Assembly: GCA_050633305.1 (NCBI GenBank)
Contig: JBOEGF010000005.1
Span: 1 to 64,000, forward strand
Length of the DNA: 64,000 nucleotides
Direction of reading: 5' to 3'
Origin: Nannocystales bacterium
GTDB lineage: Bacteria; Myxococcota_A; Polyangia; Nannocystales; Nannocystaceae
Part shown: positions 9,805 to 20,100 of the stretch, one piece after another
Layout of the letters: the number at the start of each line of letters is the position of its first letter
Numbering within the stretch: position 1 is the stretch's first letter
Position numbers and translations under genes: made by a program
Notes under the pieces: model-generated
Seen by the model: the letters and a program-made list of their open reading frames with translations, nothing else
Told to the model about the DNA's origin: nothing
Database searches by the model: none

Positions 9805-10089
9805 ATGCGCGCAAAGCTCCTCGCCATCACCACGACCCTCGCTCTGTCCATGGCAGCGGCATCGTCCGCGGTTGCTGCTCCTGCCAACGATGGGGACGCC
9901 GACTCGGCCGCACGCGTCGAAGGCGGGGACACGACCGTTTACGACTTCGACGACGACAACGTGGACGGTGAGATCCTCAGCCCCGATGGCGCGAACGTGA
10001 ACTCCCGCGCCCGCGTGAAGCACGCAAGCCTGATCACCATCCGGCCGCACTTCATCTCCGAGCTGATCTCTCTCTCCTTCGATATCTAG
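9805..10089 (+). CDS. gltF: Gliding motility protein GltF/CglF, 94 aa
   Basis: Signal peptide; TTVYDFDDDNVDGEILSPDG...SLITIRPHFISEL resembles the CglF/GltF pattern (DF....VEGEL..P.G...SLI..R..F..EL); RBS AAGGA; directly upstream of gltG. Confidence 0.8.
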   Translation: MRAKLLAITTTLALSMAAASSAVAAPANDGDADSAARVEGGDTTVYDFDDDNVDGEILSPDGANVNSRARVKHASLITIRPHFISELISLSFDI

Positions 10090-10248
10090 AGCGGGCTGCC
10101 AAGGCCTACCCCCGCGCGCGGCCTCCGGTTTGCGCTGATGGCGCGGATCCCGAGCGCCGCCCTCCGAAAGAATCCCCAAAAAAGATCAGAGCAGCCGGAA
10201 CTTCCCGCGAAGCGGGGTGTCTTGGCGCCTGAACCCGAAGGACTCCCG

Positions 10249-12411
10249 ATGTCCCAGACCCTGAACCTCAAAATCTTTCACAATGGCGCGCTGGTCGAAG
10301 AGAAGACGCTCTCCCAGGACGTCATCAAGATCGGCAAGCTGAAGAGCTCGCATCTTTGCCTCGAAGACGACGCCGTCGCGCGCATGCACGCCGTCATCGA
10401 GGTCTCGGGTTCGGACGTTCGGGTCATCGACCTTGGGAGTTCCACCGGAACCACCCTCAACGAGCAGCGAGTCGAGAAGAACGCCGTCCTCAAGGACGGG
10501 GATGCTCTCGAGTTCGGGCCCTACCGCGTTGAGGTCGTCTTCGCCGCAGCGGCTGCCGCCGGCGCCCAGTCCCAGACGGTCGTCGCTGCTGCGCCCACCG
10601 CGCCTGCGGCCGCTGCCGCTCCGATGGCAGCTCCGGTGGCCGCTGCCGCTCCTGTGGCTGCCGCCGCGGCTGCTCCGATGGCCGCCGCGGCCCCGATGGC
10701 AGCGCCGGCACGGCCCGTGATGCAGGTCGATGCCTCCGAAGTCGAGCGCCAAGATGGCTCGACGGTCACCGAGGTCATGACCATCTACGGCCGTACCGTG
10801 CTCGACGTCCAGCACGTCGGCCAGGTGAAGAGCCGCCGTGCATCCGCGCCGATCTTCCTCGCGCTCGGCGGGTTGATGCTCGTCGGCGGTGCCGGGTTCT
10901 TCGCCAGCGACACGGTCCTGCGGACCAGCGAATGGCAGGCCTACGAGGCCGAAGCTGCAGACGCGCAGGCGACGGGTCGTCCGGCGCCGATGGCTCCTGG
11001 TTCGGGCTTCGGCGGCATCGGGGTCGTCCTGGCGTTCTTCGGATTGGTGCCATTCGGGATCGGCATCGCACGACTGTCCGACAAGGGCACGCCCAACTAC
11101 ACCATTGGTGAGGGCACTGAGGCCACCTTCGCTGCGCCGCCCTCGGGACTCCCCGATGGCACCGCCTTCCCGCTGGTTCGCGGAAGTGGCTCGGGCGACT
11201 CTTCTCTCAACTTCACGGCCGAGATGACCGGCGACGTGACGCTCGACGGCCAGAAGCTCAGCCTTCAAGAGCTCGTCAGCTCCGGTCGCGCGGCGGCGAT
11301 GGGTTCGACCTACTCGTTCCCGATTCCCGCTGGGGCCCACTGTAAGGTCGCGCACAGCGGTCTTGTGTTCCACGTCAACTCGGTCCCGCCCGGCAAAGTC
11401 ATCGCGCAGAAGTCCGAGACGGACAAGCCGTTCTGGCTGTACAGCGCGGCGTCGCTGGTGGTGCTTGGCTCGCTCCTGGTGCTCGCACACCTTGCGTTGC
11501 CTGCGGGCGACGGCATGAGCCTCGACGACGAGATGGGCGAGAACCGCTTCGTCGGCTACATGAACCAACCCGACGAGACGCCCGAAGAAGAGCCTCCGCC
11601 AGAGCAAGAAGACTCTGACGACGAGGCCGGCGGCAGCGGTCAGCGCCACAAAGGCGAAGAGGGCAAGATGGGTAAGCCGACTTCGAAGCAGAAGTCTGGT
11701 CTCTACGCCATGAAGGGCCCTAAGGATGCCATCCCGCAGATGGCGCGGAACTTCGACCCCGACATGCAGGCCCGGCAAGCCGGTATTCTCGGAATGATGG
11801 CCTCCGAGAGCGGCCACTTCCTGGCTTCGCCCTACGGCGGCGCATTCGCGGTCGGTAACGACGACGAGGACGTCTGGGGTGGTCTGACAGGCACCGAGGT
11901 CGGCGAGGCATTCGGCGTCGGCGGACTGGGTCTGGTCGGCACGGGTCGCGGCGGCGGTGGTACCGGTGAAGGCACCATCGGCCTCGGCAACACCGGCCTG
12001 ATCGGCAAGGGTGGCGGCGGCGGTTCCGGCTCCGGCTATGGTCGCGGTTCGGGTGCTGGCTTCGGTGGTCGCGGCAAGCGAGTCCCTCGAATCCGTCAGG
12101 CCAAAGCGAAGGTCAAAGGCGCCCTCGACAAGGACATCATCCGCCGGATCGTTCGCGCGCACATCAACGAGGTTCGCCACTGCTACAACCAGGGCCTCGT
12201 GAAGGACCCCAACCTCAAGGGTCGTGTCGCCGTCCAGTTCACCATCGGACCCACCGGTAAGGTGCCCGTCGCTGTGGTGGCTCAGTCCTCTCTCAAGGAC
12301 AAGAACGTCGCCAACTGCGTGGCCAAGGCGGTCAAGCGTTGGAAGTTCCCCAAGCCGCAAGGTGGCGGAAACGTGGTCGTCACGTACCCGTTCGTCCTCG
12401 AGCCTGGCTGA
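10249..12411 (+). CDS. gltG: Gliding motility protein GltG/PglI (FHA, TM segments, TonB-C-like domain), 720 aa
   Basis: ATG 10249 with RBS GAAGGA. FHA domain (IKIGK..S.HL...VARMHAVIE...DLGS..GT.LN), Gly-rich periplasmic region, AgmX/PglI C-terminal domain (GALDKDIIRRIVR...CY...L.G.V.V.F.I...WKFPKP.GGG.V.V.YPF). Confidence 0.88.
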   Translation: MSQTLNLKIFHNGALVEEKTLSQDVIKIGKLKSSHLCLEDDAVARMHAVIEVSGSDVRVIDLGSSTGTTLNEQRVEKNAVLKDGDALEFGPYRVEVVFAAAAAAGAQSQTVVAAAPTAPAAAAAPMAAPVAAAAPVAAAAAAPMAAAAPMAAPARPVMQVDASEVERQDGSTVTEVMTIYGRTVLDVQHVGQVKSRRASAPIFLALGGLMLVGGAGFFASDTVLRTSEWQAYEAEAADAQATGRPAPMAPGSGFGGIGVVLAFFGLVPFGIGIARLSDKGTPNYTIGEGTEATFAAPPSGLPDGTAFPLVRGSGSGDSSLNFTAEMTGDVTLDGQKLSLQELVSSGRAAAMGSTYSFPIPAGAHCKVAHSGLVFHVNSVPPGKVIAQKSETDKPFWLYSAASLVVLGSLLVLAHLALPAGDGMSLDDEMGENRFVGYMNQPDETPEEEPPPEQEDSDDEAGGSGQRHKGEEGKMGKPTSKQKSGLYAMKGPKDAIPQMARNFDPDMQARQAGILGMMASESGHFLASPYGGAFAVGNDDEDVWGGLTGTEVGEAFGVGGLGLVGTGRGGGGTGEGTIGLGNTGLIGKGGGGGSGSGYGRGSGAGFGGRGKRVPRIRQAKAKVKGALDKDIIRRIVRAHINEVRHCYNQGLVKDPNLKGRVAVQFTIGPTGKVPVAVVAQSSLKDKNVANCVAKAVKRWKFPKPQGGGNVVVTYPFVLEPG

Positions 12412-12431
12412 TTCGAGAGCCTCTCGACGAG

Positions 12432-12459
12432 AAGGCGAGCCTCCGGGCTCGCCTTTTTT
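12432..12459 (+). terminator. Intrinsic terminator after gltG
   Basis: AAGGCGAGCC-TCCG-GGCTCGCCTT followed by TTTT. Confidence 0.9.
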
Positions 12460-12829
12460 GTTGGTTTCAAAAGGGAAGGGGCCCGTTTCCTCGCTTCTGG
12501 TCCAGCAGGTCCCCATGCGCGGCTGGAGCGACTCGTGCTGCGATCGGCTGAGGGCGTCGGGAGCCGTGATGGTGAAGGCCGCCCCGCCTGGCGGATGCCC
12601 CTTCAGAGGGCACTCGTCCGGTTTCGGCGACCGCTCGACTCGTGCGGGCGCCCCACTGGGTCCGCGGCTGGGCTTGGTCCGACGGTCGGGCAACCTCCTT
12701 CAATCGGTGTGGGCTTGTAGCTGCGCTTCACAGTTCGGCAGCTGGCTTGCCCCGGTGCGGGCGTTGGTTTGCAGACCCACCGGGGCTCGCCCGGTGTTCA
12801 GCGGGGATCGGTTTGCTTCGCAGCCGGTC

Positions 12830-12858
12830 TTGTCACCTAGGTGCGGCGCCGATACCAT
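12830..12858 (+). promoter_or_regulatory. Candidate sigma70-type promoter for the TPR lipoprotein
   Basis: TTGTCA-N17-TACCAT, 50 nt upstream of ATG 12909. Confidence 0.55.
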
Positions 12859-12908
12859 CCGGAACCGAGCCGCCCCGTTCCCCCTCACCAGGCGGGGCCC
12901 CGATCGAC

Positions 12909-13817
12909 ATGCGCCGTATTCTCCTCCTCCTCGCGTTGTCCGTTCCCGTTGTCGCAGTCGCGTCCGGCTGCCCGTTGGGGAGTCGCCAACGCGTCCAGTC
13001 CACCAACCGGATGAACGAAGGCATCAAGGCCGAGAAGAAGGGCAACACCTCCTCGGCCGAGCGCTACCTCAAGGAAGCGATCGAGATCGACCCGACGCAC
13101 TCCAAGGCCCACTACACCCTCGGGCTCGTCTACCAGAAGCAAAGCAAGCTGGTCGACGCCGCCAAGGCGTTTGAGGATGCGGTCGAGACCATGGGCGACG
13201 CCCCAGACGCCAACTACATCTTCAAGCTGGGCGTCGTGACTGCAGCCCAGGGCGAGCAGCCCGGTGCGGCTCAGGCCGACAAAGAGGCGAAGTACAAAGA
13301 GGCGATCACCAAGTATCAGGAGACGCTCAAGCTCGACCCGAACCACTACCAGGCGAGCTACCGCATGGGGGTGCTCTACGAGCGTCTCGACAACCCTGTC
13401 CAGGCGGACACGGCGTTCCGGAAAGCCATCGAACTCAACGCGACCTTCAGCGCCTCGTTCGTCTCGCTGGGCAACATGTACATCGACTACGGCCACGCCA
13501 ACGTCGGCCAGGCCGTTCTGGAGACCGGTGTCAAGGTGAACGACAAAGATGCTGACATGTGGAACGGCCTCGGCCGTGCCCAGCGGGCCCTCAACAAGCC
13601 CAAGGAAGCCGTCGATTCGTTCAAGACCGCCAAGGCCATCGACCCGGACATGCCGGACGTGCTCTTCGGTCTCGGCATGGCGTACGCCGACCTCCGTCAG
13701 CGCAACGAAGCAGTGGAAGCCCTCCAAGGGTTTCTCTCCAAGGCCGGCAACGACGTGCCTGAGCACCTCAAGAAGGCCGCGAACAGCACGATCGCCCGGA
13801 TGCAGGACGTCATCTAG
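12909..13817 (+). CDS. TPR-repeat lipoprotein, 302 aa
   Basis: MRRILLLLALSVPVVAVASG-C lipoprotein signal; consecutive TPRs (AHYTLGLVY, ASYRMGVLY, MWNGLG, VLFGLGMAY). Confidence 0.85.
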   Translation: MRRILLLLALSVPVVAVASGCPLGSRQRVQSTNRMNEGIKAEKKGNTSSAERYLKEAIEIDPTHSKAHYTLGLVYQKQSKLVDAAKAFEDAVETMGDAPDANYIFKLGVVTAAQGEQPGAAQADKEAKYKEAITKYQETLKLDPNHYQASYRMGVLYERLDNPVQADTAFRKAIELNATFSASFVSLGNMYIDYGHANVGQAVLETGVKVNDKDADMWNGLGRAQRALNKPKEAVDSFKTAKAIDPDMPDVLFGLGMAYADLRQRNEAVEALQGFLSKAGNDVPEHLKKAANSTIARMQDVI

Positions 13818-14138
13818 TCGGCGCTAGGCTCCGGTGTTGCCGTAGGTCGCTCTACGGCGCCCGAACCTTCGCGCTCGTCGTGGTCCCGAGACCTGCTCTC
13901 GGCCCGGCGGGCGCGTTTTGATTTCCGCCATCACTGCACTCGGGTTCACGTGGGTGTCGGCGTTCCCGGACCGATGCATTGACCCACCCGATCGCCAGCG
14001 CAGGCCGGCACCAGAGGAGCTCCAGAAATTGGCCGCGTAGGGGTGCCTAGCCGTTTGTGAGCGACGCCGCGCGCGTGTTATATCCAGCAACGTTTCGAGC
14101 GCGGGTTTTCCCTGTAAGTCTCGAAGGATAGCGCCCAC

Positions 14139-17100
14139 ATGGAACTCACCCAGCGGATCAAACAGCGCCTTCGGGAGGTCGACGAGTGGTCGACAGTGGT
14201 CGACGAACTCGAAGCCGAGGCCGGCGCGGCGAGCGAAAAAGCCGAACAGTCGAGGGCGTTCTTCGAACTCGCGCGTGCATGCGAGGACGTGTTCCTCGAC
14301 AAGGCGCGTGCGATGCAGGCGTATCAAAAGGCGTTCAAGCTCGACCAGAGCAACCTCGAAGCGCTGCGTCGCGCTCGGCAGATCTACGGGACGATGGCCA
14401 ACCTCGAGATGGTCACCCGCTTGATGGGTCTCGAGCTGAAGGCGAACCGAGACGAGGCACTCTCCGGGAGCCTGCACTACGACTTTGGTGCTGCGCAGCT
14501 GAACCTTCGCAACTTCGATGATGCGAAGCAGCACCTTAGCGCGGCCTCCGAAGCCGAGCCGAGCAACGAACTCTACCAAGCTCGTTTCCAAGAAACGCTG
14601 TATGACCGCTCCAACTGGGAACTGGGGCTGGAGACCGTCTATGCGCAGCTGATTGCACTCACGGGCGAGGATGATCCCCTCGGGGCGAAGGTGCCCAACC
14701 GTGGTTCGCAGCTGTCCGCTATGTACATGAAGGGCGCGCAGATCCTTCACCAAGAATCGCCGGAAGACGAGCGACTTCTTCCGCTGCTGTTCAAGGCGCT
14801 CGAGTCAGATCCGAACAACGAGGCTGCTGGGTACCTCTCGGACACGATGCTCGCGGCGGCTGGACAGCTCCAGCACATCCAGAAGCTTCAAGACCGTCGT
14901 GTGTCGATGTTGGAGACGGACTCCGACAAGGTCGACATGCTCCGGTTCTTCGCCGACATCTGGGACGTTCGCTTGAACAACCCACAGATGGCTGCGTACT
15001 TCTTCCATCAGGCCCTCGACCTCGCCTACTCGACGGGCACGTTGGGTTCCGCGGAAGAGACGCTTTGGAACGTCGCGGCATTCCGCAAGCTGGTCGCAAG
15101 CGCGGAGGAGTCGGGACAAGCCGACGCCCTCATTCCGCTCGCCGAGCGCGGCGTTGCATCGCTGAGAGATCCCGCGGAACGTGTCCTGCTAGCGCTGGAG
15201 GCCGGCGCGTTTGCGTGGCGCTCGTTCCAGGACACCGGCACGGCTGGTCGTTTCCTTGGGCTGGCGGTCGACGTTGCCCCCGACCACCCGACCGTAACGG
15301 GGTACCAGAGCGAGGTCGGTGCGATCGACCCCGTGGACCTCGACTCCTTCGGCTCTGCTCCCGAGCCCGAGCCCGAGCCCGAGCCTGAACCTGAACCCGC
15401 TGTCGAAGCGGAGCCCGAGCCCGCTGCCGAAGCGGAGCCCGAGGCTGACGCTGACGCTGCGGCACAGCTCGCGGCCGAAGAAGCCGAACTCGAAGCTGAG
15501 ATCGCAGCCGAAGAAGCGGAGCTGAAGGCCGAACTCGAGGCAGAAGCCGCTGGCGAGTCGGAGTCGGAGCCCGAGCCTGAGGTCGAAGCAGAAGCAGAAG
15601 CAGAGCCCGAGGCAGAAGCAGAGGCAGAGGCAGAAGCAGAAGCAGAAGCAGAGGCAGAGGCAGAAGCAGAAGCAGAAGCAGAAGCAGAGCCCGAGCCCGA
15701 GCCTGAGCCCGAGCCCGAGCCTGAGCCCGAGCCTGAGGTCGAAGCAGAGCCCGAGCCCGAGCCCGTCTCGCTTGGCGACGAGTCCTTCGATGCCGATCAG
15801 ATGAAGCTGATCGAGAAGGCGCAAGAAGCCGACAAGAAGGGTGGCAAGCGGGCGATCGATGCGTGGCGCGACGCCGTCAACAAAATGCCCGGCAAGGTGT
15901 TCCCACGGGCACGCCTCAAGCAGCTCTACGTCGACAACAACAAGTGGAGCAACGTCGCCGATCTGCTCAAAGATCAGATCAAGAACACGCCGGACGATTC
16001 GCCGGAGCAGCTCGAGGAAAAGGTCGCGCTGCACTGGGAACTGGTCGAGCTGTATCGCGAGCGACTGCGGCAGCCGGGCCTGGTGGTCACGACGCTCAAT
16101 GGTCTCGAAAAGTTGCTCGACGCCGCTGGCGAGACGGAGCAGCTGCTCAAAGTCGTCCAAGAGCAGCAGACGCAGTTCGAATCGATGAAGCGTTGGCCGG
16201 ACCTGATCGGCCGGATCCGCCGTCGGGCTGAACTGGTCGAGGACATGGAAGCTCGCAAGGAGCTGCACCTGCAGGCGGGTGCGCTGTTCCTCGAGAAGTT
16301 CAACAACCAGGCGGAGGCCATCAAGAGCTACGAGGCGGTGCTCGAGTGCGACGAGTACGACCCAACGGCGATCGGCAAGCTCAAGGAGCTGTATCAGCGC
16401 CGCCGCGACTGGGAGAAGATGCTCGCTGTCCAGCAGAAGGAGCTGGCGCTCATCGAAGACCCCGAGGAGCGCAAGGCGCAGCTTCTCGAGGTTGCCCGCG
16501 TCGCCGGGCAAAAGATCAAAAAACCGGCGATCTCGATCGAGCTCTGGTCGCAGGTGCTCGAGAGCGACCCCGACAACATCGAGGCTCTCGAGAACCTCGA
16601 GCACATGCAGGAGCGCGAGAAGAACTGGCCCGCGCTTTCGGGCACGCTCGAGCGGCTCATCGAAGTCACGGCTGACCCGACGAAAAAGTCGCAGTACCTG
16701 GTCAAGCTCGGGCTGCTCTACGCCGACAAGGTCAAGGACAACGCCGCCGCGATCCGTACGTGGGAAGCGCTGCACGAGGTCGAGCCCGACAACCGTCGCG
16801 CGCAAGATCAGCTCAAGAAGCTCTACGTCGCCGAGGGCGACATGGACGCCCTGGAGCAGTTCTACGCAAAGCAGGACAAGTGGGCGGAGTTCATTCGCGT
16901 CCTCGAGCGCGAGTCGGACTCGGCCGAGGGCGACCGCAAGGTTGAGCTTCAGCTCAAGATCGCGTCCCTCTACAGCGAGAAGATCGGCAAGCCCGATCGC
17001 GCGGTCCGGGCACTCGAGAAGTCCCTGGCCGACGGCGACAACCTCACCGTCGCTGAGAAGCTGATCGAGCTCTACGAGGCCGCGGGTGACGAGCGTCATC

Positions 17101-20100
17101 TCGCCCGTCCGCTGCGCATCAAGCTCGACAACGAAGAAGATGCCGAAGCTCGCCAGGGCCTGTTCCGCCGCTTGGCAGACCTCTCCGAGCGTATCGCCCA
17201 CGAGCCGGAAGAGGCATTCGCCTACTACCAGAAGGCGCTCGACGAGGACCATACGGCCACGGATGCACGCGAGCATCTGGAGCGTTTGGCGGAGACGACC
17301 AACCAGTGGCAGCCGCTCGCGCAGTCGCTCGAGTTGGCGATCTCGGAGTATGGCGATTCCACGGACAGCCTGCCGCTGCGCCTGAAGTTGGCCGAGATCA
17401 ACGAGCAGCACATGGCTGATCTCGATGCGGCCCTGGCGGTGAACCAGGCCATCGTTGAGATCGACGCCGAAGAGCCCACGGCTCTTGCGTCGCTCGAGCG
17501 TCTGTACTTGGCGTTGGGTCGCGAGGAAGACCTGCTCGCGGTGCTCGACACCAAGCTCTCGCTGTCCTCCGACGAGGACGAGAAACGCGCTACGCAGACC
17601 CGGATCGGCTCGATTCACGAGCAGCTCGGACATCACGACAAGGCCATCGAGGCCTACAACGCGGTGCTGGACTCCGGCGTCGAGGACCCCGAGGTCCTGT
17701 CGGCTCTCGATCGCATCTACAGCAACCTCGAGCGCTGGGAAGACCTCTCCAGCGTCCTCGAGCGCGAGTTGAGCGTCGCCTCCGAGGAGGACTCGAACAC
17801 ACGGGCGGAGTACCTGCTGCGCCTGGGCGTGATCATGCAGGATCGGCTCGAGAAGCCGGAGGAAGCCGTCGAACTCTATCGCCAGGTCCTCGAGATCGAC
17901 CCCGCCAGTGATTCGGCTCGGGACCGACTCGAGGGGTGGCTCGAGCTCCCCGAGACCGACGAAGAAACAGGTGAGGCCGCCGAAGAGTCGGCGGAGCGCA
18001 CCGAGCTTCGTGTGAAGGTTGCCGGGATTCTGTTGCCGATCTACGAGGCGATGGAAGCCCACGCCGAGCAGGTTCAGTGCCTGCAGATTCAGGCGGACGC
18101 GGCCGAAGACGGCCAGGCTCGTGTGGACCTGCTGCTGCGAATCGGCGAGCTTCTCTCGCACTCGATGGGAGACAGCGCGCGGGCCTTCGACGTCTACGCA
18201 CGCGCCTTCCGGGAGCAGCCCGACAACGAGGTCGCAGCGCAGTCGCTGGAGAACATCGCTACGGTCGAGGACCGCTGGCAGGACTTCGCCGACCTCCACG
18301 AGGAGGCGGTCTCGAAGGACCTCGAGAGCGGTCTGATGCGGCGGTTGCTGACGCGCCTCGCGACGCTCTACGACCAACAGCTCGGCGACAGCGAGAAGTC
18401 GATCGCCTGCTACCAACGCGCGGTCGACATCGATCCCGGCGATGCCGGATCGCTGGACGCACTCGAGGCCCTGTACTCCCGAGATCAGAACTGGGAGCAG
18501 CTGCTTGAGGTCTATCGCAGCAAGGTCGAACTCGAGAACGACCCGCACAGCCGCGAGGAGCTTCGCTTCAAGATCGCGCACCTGCAGGTCGACATGCTTA
18601 GCCGGCCCGCGGACGGAATCGTTACTTACAACGAGATCCTTGCGGACGACGACGTCAACACCCGTGCAATCACTGCGCTCGACCGTCTCTACCTCGACGC
18701 CGAGCAATGGACGGAACTCGCGGAGAACCTCAGCCGCCAGCTTGCGCTCACGGCCGACCCGTCGGAGCAGATCGAGCTCAACTTGCGTCTTGGATCGCTG
18801 CAGCTCAAGAAGCTGAACCAGCCTGCACTCGCGGTTGAGACGTACAACCGAGTGTTGGAGTTCGACCCCGTCAACGAGTCGGCCCTCGAGGCCCTCGAGA
18901 CGTTGCTCGAAGACGAGGAGCATCAGCTCTCCGTCGCCAAGATCCTCGAGCCCATCTACAAGGCCAGCAACGACTGGACCAAGTTGATCGCGGCCTACGA
19001 GATCATGGTCAAGCACTCGCTGGAGCCGAGCGAGAAGATCCAGCTTCTCCACCAGATTGGTGAGCTGTACGAGCTCGCCGGCGATGAGCCTCAGAAGGCG
19101 TTCGATGCGTTCGGTCGCGCCCTCAAGGAGGACCCCAGCCGCGAAGACACGCAGGCACGGCTGGACAACCTCGCCAACCAGATGGGGGCGTTCTCCGAGA
19201 TGGTGGCGCTGTACGAGGGCGTCGTCGACGATGTCGTCGATGACCAGCTCAGGCTCGCCATCCTTGGGAAGGTCGCTCGGACCTACGAGACGGCGATCGA
19301 CGACTCTGAGAGCGCGGCGGCCACCTACGAGAAGATGCTCGAGGCGGATCCGGCGAACTTCGAAGCCGTGGACTCGCTGATCGAAGTCCACCGCCGTACC
19401 AACAACTTCGAGCCTCTGGTCGCCGCTGTCGTGCGGAAGGCCGAGATGGTCGAGGACGCGGATGACCAGAAGAAGATGCTGGCCTATGCGGCGAGCATTC
19501 GCGAAGGCGTCATGGAGGATGCCGAGGGGGCGATCGAGCTGTATCAGCGTGTGCTGACGATCGACGACTCGGATGGCGAAGCCCTCGAAGCACTGGAGCG
19601 TCTGTACGTTCAGCTCGAGCGATGGGAACCCCTGCGCGACGTCTACCAGCGAAAGAGCGAGCTTGCGGACGACCCCGACGACCGTCGGCAGGCGCTGTAT
19701 GTGCTCGGTCAGGTCTACGACGCCGAGCTCAAGGACACCGATCGTGCGATCGATACGTACCAAGCGGTCCTGGACATCGAGCCTGGAGACCCGCAAGCGA
19801 TTCAGGCGCTGGATCGTCTCTACGGTCAGGCTGAGCGTTGGCTCGACCAGCACCAGATCTTGGAGCGGGCCGTCGACGCGTTCGACACCGCCGAGGAGCA
19901 AACCGCACTTCGATACCGCATCGGTCAGCTCTGGGAAGACCAGCTCGCCGACATGGTTCGAGCGATCGAGGCCTACCGTGAGGTTCTCGTGCACGACCCT
20001 GCGCACGAGCCCACCATCGACGCGCTGCAGCGCATCGTCCATGGCGACAACGAGCCCATGGCCGCGGCCCAGGTGCTGGGACCTCGCTACGAGCAGTTCT

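Noticed and set aside
10138..10248. N-terminal extensions given by the ORF track (gltG, 12642, 39031, 45759, 52609, 57883 and others)
   Set aside because: Downstream starts fit the RBS, signal peptides and domain boundaries better.
12467..12703. Small minus-strand ORF near an AAGGAGG sequence in the gltG-TPR spacer
   Set aside because: The SD-like sequence is not correctly spaced from a start codon and the translation is uninformative.
15612..15737. Tandem repeats as a CRISPR array or phase-variation switch
   Set aside because: 6-nt units without spacers, in frame inside a CDS; no cas genes; slippage would not shift the frame.
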